This document shows, piece after piece, positions 1 through 11,703 of a DNA stretch of 64,000 nt. This stretch comes from Prorocentrum cordatum. Its lineage: Eukaryota. The position numbers were made by a program, and so were the translations under genes. Within the stretch, counting starts at the first letter, position 1, and every line of letters begins with the position of its first letter. The stretch is from the NCBI GenBank assembly GCA_963575745.1, contig CAUYUJ010000159.1:434001-498000 (forward strand), in the 5' to 3' direction. The notes beneath the pieces are model-generated. The model searched no databases. It was not told the origin of the DNA and saw only the letters and a program-made list of their open reading frames with translations.

Positions 1-646
1 CGCCTACGGCGCCGCCATCGCCGCCAAGAGCAACAACAGGCCAAAAGAGATCGGAGACATCTACAATGCTTTCACCTCCAGGCGAGAAGCAACAAAGAGC
101 ATCTTCAGCATCATCATCTCACCCGACATTGCCGATTGCAGAGCCGACGACCACTACATCAACGGCAGCGGGAACCTCTACTCCCCAGCATGTTCGAAGC
201 ATTCCTTCTCAGCGAACCTCCCCAGAACATGACGGGGAACATTATCCCGATGCAGTGCGGCAAGCAGAACCTTCACCAGAGAAAAGAGCTGAAGATCTGG
301 ACCAGACTATGGAGCACCCTGAAGCTGAAGGTCCATCACACCAGGCGACCGAGCACCCTGCCAATAAAGATCCTGGCAACACCATCGAGCATCCCGAAGG
401 CACCTTGGATAAGACCCTCGACTACAAGGATCTGCAAGTTTCCAGATATGTCACACCATTTCCAATATGGTGGGCTTCTCCAGCAGAGAGTTCGCTCGAC
501 GAAGCTCATGGCGACTATGCAGCAGATTACATGAACCACGCGTTCCACGATGCAGAGCTTCTCCTACACCAGGCCCTTACCTCGGCATGAAAAGGAGGCT
601 CTCCTGGTAGTTCGAGGCCCCTGTCGTACCTCACGCTGTTTCTAAT

Positions 647-2514
647 ATGATTTCAAGGATGACGAGTGTTTGTGTATCGATCAGTGAGATTCTCACTCCA
701 GAGGAGATCATTGCCCATTGGCCAGCAGTTGGAGCAGCAGACAGGAAGGAGGTCAACAGTTCTGTCTCATGGTATCTTCAAGCTCGCACCAGCCTCAGCT
801 TCCAACAATACCATCGACGGTACGTGGGCTCGGAAGTGGTCAGATCGTTCAAAAGGGCTGGTGACAGATATTGTGGACGAGGCTTTCTTGACCGACAGAA
901 GACGAGTATTGACAGACACAATTCAACAGCGTCACGACTTTCTCACCGCTTGGCAGTATCGTTGGCAGCTCAATACGACCTCGTGATCGAGAGTCTAGAC
1001 ATCCGCACGGCCTTCTTGCAGGGCCTCAAGATTTCTGGAGTTGAACGCCGGGCAGCTGAACTGGGACACGAAGTGAAGCAGCTTCGGAAGGTCTGGTTCA
1101 AGCCACCTCCAAACGTGTGGAGGCATCTTCGAGACATCGATCGCAGTGGCATCTGTGTGCAGGACCAGGACATAACCTACTTCGTGCTCGAGCTGTTGAA
1201 GGCCATATATGGACTCGTTGACGGCCCTCTCTTATGGCAGCTGGCACTGGCGAACTTCATGGTCAAAGAACTGAGTTTCATGAGCGCCTATCATGATGAT
1301 ATGGTTTTACATTACTTATGCATGGGATATCGTGGCGATTTATATCACTCATGTGGATGACATCCTGGCGATCGCTTCTCAGAGCTTCTTGGACAGGACC
1401 TACATACGATTGTCAGAACGTTTCGGCGCAGTCAAGAGATGCGTTCTTCCATTGATAGATGTTGGAATACGTCATTCTATGCCATCACCAGGACACTACT
1501 TCCTGGATCAAGAACATTGACTGATGAAGCTAACTCCAGCAGAGGCAACCGACGCTAAGCGACTCAAAACGACAGCCTGCCCTTGGACAAGACAGAACTC
1601 AAGGAACTCAGACCGTTGTTGTGTAGTCTCTTATGGGTTTGCCTGACACGTGTGGATCTATGTCGTGGAGTTGTACTTCTACAAAGCGAAAGGTCAGCCC
1701 TCTGATGACACACTTGAAGCAGCATAACGCTCTCTTGGCCCGCGCCATCAAGAGCAAGACGATGAATGGACTTCACTTTGTAAGCTACAGTGGCCCCTAC
1801 GACTGGTATCTATCACGGACGCAGGACATGCATCAAAGAGGTCAGGTTATCCCTTTGAAAGCAAAATGGTCGAGCTCATGAGCGAGCCCACTGTGCACTA
1901 TGACAGCAAAGAGTTGTGGCCTATGACAGAAGCATTGAATTTCGGATGCTATGGTCACACTCTCTATTTCACGGCAAGGAAAGCAGCACGAGTGAGTCAC
2001 AACACCTCTCATGCTGAAACGAATGCATGTGTTGGTGGATTGCAGGTGGCACAACTAATCTCCTCACGGATGACGGAGTTGTTCGCTATGCAGATTACGG
2101 GCTCTCCGGCACGACCTCGTCAGCTATTGGAGTTTGGAACGAATAACGTGCTGTTGATTCCGTGCGATGCGGTGACCGACTGTATGGGCCTCTTCGAGCT
2201 GATCACAGGAACCAGAGGACTGACGACAGATAAAACCCAGAGGATATCGGTGATGTCCCTACGACAGGATCGTTTAACTGGAAGGTTTCGCAGGAGTAAC
2301 TCATATTCCCACTACGAGTCTGTTAGCCGATGGCATGACGAAGCTCGGAGTATTTCCTCAGTTACTACTCAAATCTACGACAGGATTATGGAAACTACAG
2401 GTTCAGGATAACAAGTTCATCAGGATCAAGCCCAGCGTGATCAAGCCGGGCTACAGCGAGGACGACCTACTTGACAGCGGACGCCAAGATCTACGAAGAT
2501 ATGATGATGTGTGA
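647..2514 (+). mobile_element. Decayed Ty1/Copia LTR retrotransposon pol (reverse transcriptase + RNase H), frameshifted
   Basis: SLDIRTAFLQG and LLKAIYGLVDGPLLW in 647..1360; ITHVDDIL (YVDD-type) in 1293..1520; RNase H-like RVSHNTSHAETNA...VTDCMGLFE in 1866..2411; HIPTTSLLADGMTK read at about 2302-2343 in another frame. Several frameshifts and stops. The upstream low-complexity ORF 66..590 may be the inter-domain linker. Confidence 0.88.
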
Positions 2515-3522
2515 GGCTGGGATCGCTCCACGCTCCGCTTTCTGATTCTAAGTAGTCAAGAGAACGGGTAGCAGAGCAAAGATATTGTTGTACAGACCTC
2601 GTTAGACTACTGTTCGTTGGGTTTCATATAGCAAGCTTAGAGCAAGCAGAGACATATGAGCAGTGAAACGTATGTCACGTACTGGCTCAAGTCTGAGAAA
2701 CCAACACGGACCCGGGGGGGGTGTCCCGGGGGGGTCCCGGGGGTGACCCGGGGGGTCCCCCCCCAGATCCGACTCCCCCGGCAGCCTTCGAGAAAGCCCA
2801 GAGGGCGTCGCGAGGAGGTTCTCGTCCTCATCATCCTCCTCCTTCTCCTCCTCCTTCTCCTCCTCCTCCTCCACCTCCTCCTCCTCCTCCTTCGCATCGC
2901 ACTCCCCCTCCTAGCCCCTTCGATCAGGGTCGGCGGCACCGGCAGTCAGGCCTCTCCAATATAGAGAGGCAAAGGGGGGGAGGTGGAGATCCGGGGAGGG
3001 CCTCCCCCCCCCGAGGGCTCGGCCAATGGCCGCGGCGAGGGCGCCTCCTAATATTAACCCTCCAGTCGGGTCCGCGCGGGGGCGTCTCGCCCTCAGCTCC
3101 CGCCCCAGGCGGTCGGGTGCTCGTCGTCCCCGTCCTCCTCCTCCTCCTCGGAGGCGTTGAACCTCGAGGGGGATGGCGAGGAGGAGGAGGAGGAGGAAAA
3201 GGAGGAGGACCAGTGTAAACCTCCAACGATGTTGGATTAAACCTCCCTCCAAGCTCCCTCTTCACAGGCCCCTACGACGGTTCATGTCAACCGGGGGAAC
3301 TGCCTAGTTGGAAGACAACCGTTTGAAGACCCTGAAGCATGCCAAAACTTGTCCTCGGGATTCCAACGCTCGGGGTCAACCTAACTGTTGCGTCTTCACG
3401 ATCCTGAATCGTGCCAGAACGCCATTCCTGGGACTGTAACACCGCGAATCATCGTATCTGCTGCGCCCTCATAACCCTGAATCCTTCCAAAACGCTCTTC
3501 CTGACTCTTGCAATGACAAATT

Positions 3523-3725
3523 ACGCGGCACTGAAGCGAAAACCACATCTTGAAAATTAACGCCTTCAATCCATGAAAAATTTGCAGATGTTTGAAACGA
3601 ATCTGCGCGGCGCTAAAGCGAAAGCCACATTTTGAAGACGCCCCGCCCTCCATCTGTGAAGCTGTTGTCAATGTTTAAATTGAATGTACGCGGCGCTAAG
3701 GCGAAAGCCACATTTTGAAAACGAC
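3523..3725. repeat. Tandem repeat, about 83-bp period, 3 copies
   Basis: Variants of cgcggcgctaaagcgaaagccacattttgaa recur near 3524, 3606 and 3689. Confidence 0.8.
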
Positions 3726-4555
3726 CCACCCTCCATATGTGAAGCTGCTGCGAAATGTTAAGCTTCAGGGACATAAATTGTGAAACGTTCTCAGGCGAAA
3801 CGCCCAGCCCGCCCTAAAAACTTGACCCGGGGTGCGACAAGGAGAAGTATTAGGAAAAGGAATAGAGGAGGAGGAGAGGGAGGAGGAGGAGGAGGCGAAA
3901 GAGGAGGAGAAAGAGGAGGAGGAGGAGGATCGTGGAGGCTCGATGAAGAGGATCGAGAATTGAGAAGGATGAGGAGGAGGAGGAGGAGGAGGAGGACGAG
4001 TATCGACGAGAATCGAGGAAGAGGAGGAGGAGGATCAATGAGGGGGATGAGGCGAGGAATCGGAGAGAAGAACGATCGAGGTTCGATGACAGGCTGTGGG
4101 CCGACTCCGGCCCCCTCCCACCCCTGGGCGGCCCCCACGGCCACGCCTGAGCCCAACCCCGTCCTCATCCACGGGAGGGGTCCCCTCCACCTCCCCTTTC
4201 CCGCTGCGCCCGGGCTTCCGGTGCAAGCGCGTCGCGTGGGTCGCCCCCGCGGCTGTCCTCTGACTGCCCCATGGGTTGTCCCGTCGCCGCCCCGCGACTG
4301 TCCCGTGGTTGTCCAGCGGCTTGTCCCGTGGGTTGTCCCGTGGGCTGTCCCGTGGCCTGCCGTCCTGGCGAAGCCGTCTAGTCAACGCACCCCCAGAAAA
4401 CATCGAACAGGGCAGGGCTGTTTCGTAAACGCCCAGGGCTATTTAGCAAGCCCCAGTTCTCGGGTCTGGGATGTGTTTCCTCCACCACCACCATGTCGAT
4501 TCCTCCTCCCTCCTCTACCCTCCTACTCCTTTCCTCTCTCCTGGGAGAGGGAGGG

Positions 4556-5190
4556 GGTGAGGTCTCGACTGGATGTTTAGAACTCCACTCCGCTGGGGCC
4601 CCCAGGAGCCCACGAACATGGCGACGGTTGAACACCTCGCAACCACCCAGGCTGGGTGCGTTCGCAACTCTACTCCGCTGGGCCTCCCAAGAGCCCACGG
4701 CACTGGCGTCACTTGCACAATTCCCGGCCGCCCCAGGAGAACTGCGAGGTCTCGAGTGGGTGCGTTTATAAGTCCACTCCGCTGGACCTCCAAGTAGCCC
4801 ACGAAAATGGCGACTGCGTGCGCAGTTCGCAGCCCCGCCCCCCCCAAAGGAACTGCGATGTCTCGGCTGGGTGCGTGTACGACTACAACCCGCTGACCCT
4901 CCCAGGAGCCCACGGACGTGGCGACTACGTGCGCAGTTCGCAGCCACCCAGGGGAGCCGCGAGGTCTTGGCTGGATGCGTTTACAACTCAACTCTATTCC
5001 GCATGGCCTCCCAGGAGCCCACGAACGTGGCGACACTTGCACAGATCGCAGCCCCCGCAAGGGAGCCGCGAGATCTCGTCTGGGTGCATTGACAATTCCA
5101 CTCCGCTGATCCCCCCAAGAGCCCTCCAACCTGGTGGCAACGTCACACTTCGCAGCCCTCCAGGGAGCCGCGAGGCACCCCCTCCAGGAG
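4556..5190. repeat. Minisatellite, roughly 118-bp degenerate unit
   Basis: Recurring gaggtctcg...ctccactccgctg...ccaggagcccacgaacgtggcgac...cgcagcc, about 5 copies. Confidence 0.8.
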
Positions 5191-5551
5191 CACACAAAAA
5201 ACGTACGGATTCACAACGGGGCTGCAGCGCCAGCAGGACGAAGGAGGGAGGGGAGGAGGAAGAGAAGGAAGAGGAGACAGGAGGCAGGAAGTAGGAGGCA
5301 GGAGACAAGAGGGGGAGGAGGAGGGAGGAGTGCATACAACAATGCTCGATTCTCCTTTCTTAAAACAAAATAGGATCTACCCCCCCCCGGCGTTATCGCT
5401 ACCCCTTCGGGTATGTAAATCATATGCGATTCTGACCCCATGTCCATCCTAAATCCGCCGATCTGGCGTGTGAGTTTCTGAGAGCGTGGGCTTGAGCTCG
5501 CTCAAGCTTCGCTCTGCGGGGGGGGGGGCCTCATTTCCGACCTATCTCCGA

Positions 5552-5845
5552 CCTGCAGAGCGGAACCCCCCCCTCCCTCTGCACCCCTCCCCCCTGCAGA
5601 GCACCCCCCCTGCCCCCCTCCCCCTGCAGAGCGGACCCCCCCCCCACCCAGCCCCCCCCCCCTGCAGAGCGGACACCCCCCTGCCCCCCCCCCCCTGCAG
5701 AGCGGACCCCCCCCCTCCCCTGCACCCCCCCCCCCTGCAGAGCAGACGCACCCCCTCCCCTGCAGAGCGGACCCCCCCTCCCACTGCAGCCCCTCTCTCT
5801 GCGGAGCGGACCCCCCCTGCAGAGCAGACCCCCCCCCCTGCAACC
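5552..5845. repeat. C-rich minisatellite (ctgcagagcggacccccc)n
   Basis: About 10 copies of ctgcagagcggac separated by C runs. Confidence 0.85.
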
Positions 5846-5888
5846 CAGCTCCCCCCCCGCCGTCGTCGTCGTCTTCGTCGTCGTCGTC

Positions 5889-5929
<41 letters not shown>

Positions 5930-5938
<9 letters not shown>

Positions 5939-6428
5939 GGTCGCTGTCGTCGTCAAAGTCGTTGGAGACGTCGTCAGTGTCGTCGTCGTCGATGTCGGCG
6001 GCGCCGTCGTCGTCGTTGTCGCTGTCGTCATCGGCGTCGGTGTCGTGGCCAAAAGCCATGTGGTACCTACCGTCACGGTCTTGTCTTAAGAGGTCTTGCG
6101 ACCAAGTTGCGGGTGGGAGGGTGGGATGTTTGCACGAGCAGTGGAGAGGACAGCTTCAAGACGGTCAAAGTGGACTCAAAACTAGAACCCAACACAGGGG
6201 GGTCGGGAACAAATCAGTGGGGCTACTCCCCGACCAACAATTGATAACATTGGCATCGTTGAGAGATCCAAGCGCTGGCCAATTAAACGCGTGCATATTG
6301 GACGTTATCGGTAAACCCTGCGGTAGCAAAAAAAATAGAGTGATGGCCAGCGGGCGCGCACCACGATCAGTGGCGCGCAACACGGCGGGCAAGTAACCCC
6401 ATCCCAAGCCAAGAGGTACACGTTATCG
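5930..6428 (-). mobile_element. Short non-coding interspersed element with (GAC)n tail, copy 1
   Basis: About 380-bp unique head (6050-6428), nearly identical to 7742-8124, joined to the same patterned GAC-repeat tail on the minus strand. Confidence 0.65.
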
Positions 6429-6639
6429 TCGTCGTCGTCGTCGTGGTCGTTGTCGTCGTCGCTCTCGTCGTCGTCGTCTTCGACGTATTCGTTTTCATCG
6501 TCGTTTTCGTCTTCCTCGTCGTCTTTCATTTCCACAGGCACCCGGAGCGCCCCGGATCGGCGGCACTGGCCGGAAGCCACTACAATATGAATTTGCACTA
6601 TCCCAGGGGGAAAACACTATGCGGTGACATTTTTGTTCT

Positions 6640-7100
6640 AGCACAACACTTTTTCACGAATCCCTTGCAACAGAAATGGGCTGAAATGCGCACGCGCGCG
6701 TCGTCGCGCGCGCATGCCGAAATCCTTGAAAAAACTTTCGGTGCCGGAAAGATTTCGCAATCGAGTTTCCAAAACAAATACAAAACACATGGTTTTGCAA
6801 CACTGATTTGCTAAAAAACGTCCGCGCGAGCTCTTGCGCATGATTTTCACAAAACGCTATTGAACGGGCTTCGCGCGCGCACGTCGAAATCTGTCGAACG
6901 CCCTTGCGCGTGTGCCGTCGCGAGAATCCTCTGCAACAAATGGGACGAAGTGCAGACGCGCGCGTCGTCGCGCGCGTATGCCGAAATACTTCAAAACCCA
7001 TCGGTTTCGGAAGGATTTCAAAATCGTGCGTCAAAAACCTACAACAACCAAAGGTCTCGCAACACGAATGTTCAACAATAGCGTGCGCGCGCGCTCTTGC
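6640..7100. repeat. Interspersed repeat family built on the near-palindromic gcgcgcgtcgtcgcgcgcgcatgccgaaat motif
   Basis: Motif at about 6690 and 6957; related blocks at about 15860-16170 and 17640-18110. Confidence 0.7.
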
Positions 7101-7622
7101 GTCGTCGTCGTCGCCGTCCTCCCTACCGCGTCGTCGTCGTCGTCGCCTACGTTGTCCTCTGTCTTTCCTCGTGTTCGTCGTCGTCGTCCTCGTTGGCGTC
7201 GTGGTCGTTTCCGTCGTCGTTGTTGCCGTGGTCGTCCTTCCTCCTCCTCCCTCGTCTTCGTCGTCGTCCGTAGTCGGCGTTTGGTCGTCGTCCCTCCTAT
7301 TTCGTCGCCGTCGTCGTCGTCGTTGTCGTCGTCGTCGTCGTCCTTCCTCCCTCGTCGTTGTCGTCGTCGGCGTCGCCGCCCTTCCTCCTTCTTCGTCGTT
7401 CGCGTCGTCGCCGTCCTCCCTCCTCCCTCGTCGTTGTCGTCGTTGTCGTCGTTGTCGCCGTCGTCGTCCATCCTCCTCCCTCGTCGTCGTCTTCGTTGGC
7501 GACGTCGTTGTCGTCGTCGTCGTTGTCTTCGTCGTCGTCGTCGTCGGCGTCGTCGTCGGCGTCGTCGTCGTCGTCGTGGTCATCGTCGTCATCGTCGGCG
7601 TCGTCGTCGTCGTCGGTGTCGT
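7100..7622. repeat. Degenerate (GTC)n/(CCT)n microsatellite
   Basis: Seen directly; explains the poly-R/V/S/D/T ORFs. Confidence 0.9.
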
Positions 7623-8124
7623 CGTCGTCGTGGTCGCTGTCGTCGTCAAAGTCGTTGGAGACGTCGTCAGTGTCGTCGTCGTCGGTGTCGGCGGCGCCGT
7701 CGTCGTCGTTGTCGCTGTCGTCATCGGCGTCGGTGTCGTGGCCAAGTGCCATATGGTACCTACCGTCACTGTCTTGTCTTAAGAGGTCTTGCGACCAAGT
7801 TGAGGGTGGGAGGGTGGGATGTTTGCACGAGCAGTGGAGAGGACAGCTTCAAGACGTTCAAAGTGGACTCAAAACTAGAACCCAACACAGGGGGGGGGTC
7901 GGGAACAAATCAGAGGGGCTACTCCCCGACCAACAATTGATAACATTGGCATCGTTGAGAGATCCAAGCGCTGGCCAATTAAACGCGTGCATATTAGACA
8001 TTATCGGTAAACCCCTGCGGTAGCAAAAAAAATAGAGTGATGGCCAGCGGGCGCGCACCACGATCAGTGGCGCGCAACACGGCGGGCAAGTAACCCCATC
8101 CCAAGCCAAGAGGTACACGTTATC
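7623..8124 (-). mobile_element. Short non-coding interspersed element with (GAC)n tail, copy 2
   Basis: Direct repeat of 5930-6428; both stop at ...ccaagccaagaggtacacgttatc. Confidence 0.65.
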
Positions 8125-8289
8125 CCGGACCATGCATGGGGCACACGTCGCAAGCAACTGACAATCTAGAATGACTGCTTGCGATCCGCACCTCAGCCGC
8201 AGGTCATGCACTATTCATGGCGCGTGCGTGGCAACTGGCACTCCAGGGTTACTGCTTCCGAGCCGCACCCCAGCCGCCGCAGGCAGAAG

Positions 8290-9256
8290 ATGGAGAAGCG
8301 AAGGAGAGGGGCAAATGAAGAGTGCCCCAGGAAAGCGTCAAGGACTCAGCCACCATCCTGGGGACCAAGGTGACTTGCGGCGCCAGCCGCCCTCCGAACG
8401 ACAAGGAGAAGCAGCGGTGGAATAAGGCCACGGCCCAGGTACGTGCATCAGCGCGGCTCCCCATCGACTTCGCCTCCAAGGTGCGGGTCGTCCAAAGCGG
8501 GCCCCTCAGCTCCGCAGAGTACGGGTGGCTGGAGCAACCGCCCTGGAAGCAGGACTCCGACCAGCTCCTCGCCTGGGTCTGGGACGCGCTGGAGGTACCC
8601 CGCCAGTCGGCGGTGCCGCTCCGCCTGCTGGTGATAGGACACAGGACGCCCAGCAGCACGCGGTGGCGTTAATCCTCAGAGCAACCAGGAAGGCCGTCCA
8701 GAAGTGCACCGCCAACCTCCTCGACATCCCGTGGGCCGCAGGCAAGAGGGGCTGCGCCAGGCTGCTGTCCAAGCCCCTGGAATGGACGGGCTGGAAGCCC
8801 CAGCAGCACCAGGCCTGGCGGAGGCCAGGCTGGCGCGACGCCGCCAGCCGGGGCATGCCGCCCAGCTCTCCTGGCCCTCGGGGATCAAGTAGAGGGCCGG
8901 CCTGGACCGGGCCATCTGGAACTACGGCATGATGATGGACCACGTCGTCCTTCGCACAATGCACCACGGCGTCACCCCCAAGGAGGCGATCGCCAACTAC
9001 CGCACCGCACGGCACGGGGCCCCCGGACCCTCACAGATCGATCCGGCTCGAAACGGCTTCGGGCACGCGCTGGCCTGACGGCCGGCACATCGTGCCAGGA
9101 TCTGGACGACTCGGCATACCAAGAATACGTGCAGGAATCAACCCGAGGCTCCTTGACCCCCGACTAGCGCGTAGAACGAGCTAATACGAGCGCGAGCAAG
9201 TTGTAACCCCACCAACCCTCTGGCGCCCGCACGGAGCACACTGATGTGCAAAAAAA
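8290..9256 (+). mobile_element. Probable decayed 3' fragment of a non-LTR retrotransposon
   Basis: Protein-like frames with GC-rich third positions (DSATILGTKV...RLPIDFASKVRVVQSGPLSSAEYGW; LILRATRKAVQK...WTGWKP) broken by frameshifts; ends in a short A run near 9249. No catalytic motif seen. Confidence 0.4.
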
Positions 9257-9504
9257 GTTCGAAACAGTGTGTGTGTGTGTGTGTGTGTGTGCGCTGATGT
9301 TGTTGGCATCCACGAGGGGTCTCTAAAGGATGACGCTGCCTGGCCTCGCCATGCTAGCAGAGGAGGGAGCGAGAGAGTGGCCCGCCTCTGCAGGGCGCTG
9401 TCGCTGCACGTGCGGCGCATGTCCCTCCGCTCCTCGCGCGCCGCGGGGCGCGGGGGCCGCTCGGAGGGTGCTCGTCGCCATCCGGAAGCACAGCAGCTCG
9501 GCTT

Positions 9505-9819
9505 GGCGGCGAGCGAGGGGGGAAGGTAAGAAGGATGAGGTCTTCTCAAAAAGGCAGCGGGACTTCGCAGAAGCCCTCGCGCCTTCAGAGAAAGTCTTCT
9601 GTGTCTTCGGGGAGGGCTTCGAAGACTTCTCACGAGGCCGTGTAACTTCCGAGCCTTCTGAAGAGGCCTTCTCCTTCTCACTCCCCCGGAGGAGGAGAAG
9701 GAAGAGGGGGAGGAGGAGAGGAGGAGGAGGAGGGTAAGAAGAAGAAGTCCTCCTCGTCTTCGTTTTCCTCCTCCTAGTACCCCGCCGCGCCTCCTGAACC
9801 TTCCCTCTCGCTCGCCGCC
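9505..9819. mobile_element. MITE-like element with about 21-bp imperfect TIR (ggcggcgagcgaggggg...)
   Basis: ggcggcgagcgaggggggaagg at 9505 pairs with ccttccctctcgctcgccgcc at 9799-9819; relatives at about 29937-30112 and 30797-31205. Confidence 0.7.
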
Positions 9820-9829
9820 GATCAGATGC

Positions 9830-10610
9830 CCCATGCCCATTACCATCACCATCACCATCACTATCACGATCACAATAACCACCATCACCATCATCATCAC
9901 CATCACCATCACCGCCACCACCATCATGTTTATGATCATCATCAACATCATCATCGTCCTAATACTAATCATCATCACCATCACAATCATCATCATCATA
10001 ATCATCATCAGCATCACAATCATAATCATTACCATCGTCAGCATCGTCGTCGTCATCAGCATCATCAACATCATTATCAACAGCATCATCATCAACATCA
10101 TCGGTATCAGCATCAGCATCTTCATCAGCATCAGCATCCGCATTAGCACCATTGTCGCAATCAGCACCTGCATCAGCATCAGGACCAGCATCAGCAGCAG
10201 CAACATCATCATCACCATCATCAGCAGCAGCATCAGCCGCAGCAGCAGCATCATCGTCATCCCCATCCCCATCCCCATGACCATCGCCATCACAATCACG
10301 ATCACAATAACCACCATCACCATCACAATCACCATGACCATCACCATCACCACCACCATCATCATCAGCATCAACATCATCACCATCATCCGCAGCATCC
10401 GCATCATAACCATCAGTTTCAAAAGTATCATCCTCATAATCAGCAGCATCATGAGCAGCAGCATCAGCATCAGCAGCATCAGCATCAGCAGCATCATCAT
10501 CAGTATCATCATGATCATAATCAGCATTATCATCACCATCATCATCATTAGCAGCATCAGCATCGTCATCACGATTATGAGTACCATCGTCACCACCGTC
10601 GTCGTCGTAC
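9830..10610. repeat. Degenerate (CAT/CAG/CAC)n microsatellite
   Basis: Seen directly; source of the poly-H/I/M ORFs. Confidence 0.92.
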
Positions 10611-10969
10611 TCTAACTCCTCCCATTTTTTTCTTGCTCCTCATCTTTAGGCCGACTACGATTGCTAAACATAACGGTTGCCCTCACCCTCGTCCCTTTGT
10701 CAACATTCCTCTCATTTCCCCCTCCCCGTGCACGGGCAGCGAATGGTATCTGTCGGGAGGCGGACGAGGAGGAGGAGGAGGAGGAGGAGGAGGAGTGTTG
10801 GGCTCTCGTTTTGATTCCGCAGCGCCGCGTGGCTCCTCGTCTCCTCTCCTCCTCCCTCTCCTCTCCTGTTCCTCCTCGATGGTGTCATCAACGACATCCT
10901 CATGGTCGTCATCATCATCGTCAACATCGCCATCTTCACACTCATTACCACCATCATCGTTTTGATCAC

Positions 10970-11703
10970 CATGTCGGCGCACCCGTCACAAACTTCGTGG
11001 CCCAATGGGGAGCTCCACCGAACACCCCGGTGACAACGTCCGCATGGCGCTACCACGCCATGCCGGCACACCCCTCACACGCTTCGTAGCCCTACAGGGA
11101 GTTCCACCGATGGCCCCAGTAGCTGCGTCCGCATGGTGGTAGGGGTTTAATCTGGCACCCCACTCAGCCGCTTTGTGGCCCCATGGGGAGCTCCGCAGAG
11201 GGCCCTAGTGGCTGCGTCCGCATGGTGACTCGGGGCCACTCTGGCGCACCACACGTTTCGTGGCCCTATGGAGCGCCACCGACGGCTCCAGTGGCTGCGT
11301 CCGCATGGTGATTCGGGCCCAATTTGCACAGCTCTCACGTGCTTCGTGGCCCAATGGAGAGCTCCACCGAAGGCCCCAATGGCTGCGTACGCATGGCTGC
11401 CCGGGCCCATTTTGCGCACCCCTCACACCATTCGTGGCCCCGTGGGGAGCTCCACCGAAGGCCCCAGTCGCTGCGTGCGCAGGGTGGCTCGGGTTCACAT
11501 GTTTCGTGAACCCACTGGGAGCTCCGCAGAAGGCCTCGATGGCTGCGTCCGCATGGTGGCTTGGGTCGATTTCGGCGTATCCTTCACAACGCCAATGCCG
11601 AAAGATCCAGTGGCAAATTCCGCATGACGACTCAGGCGCATGTCGGCACAGCCCTCTCACGCTTCCTGGCTCCATGGGGAGCCCCACCGAAGGCTCCAGT
11701 GGC
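10970..11703 (+). repeat. Minisatellite array, about 88-bp unit
   Basis: cgtggccccatggggagctccaccgaaggccccagtggctgcgtccgcatggt repeated about 8 times. Confidence 0.88.

Noticed and set aside
2683..2691. tggctcaag resembling the 3' end of the dinoflagellate spliced leader
   Set aside because: Only 9 nt match; the upstream ccgtagccattt is absent.
2515..2700. Possible 3' LTR of the Copia remnant
   Set aside because: No second LTR in the window, and no clear polypurine tract or TG...CA ends.
9181..10615. Long ORFs rich in M/I/H, and other poly-amino-acid ORFs (6654-8023, 31065-32056, 50443-54882)
   Set aside because: Stop-free frames produced by microsatellites and tandem repeats.
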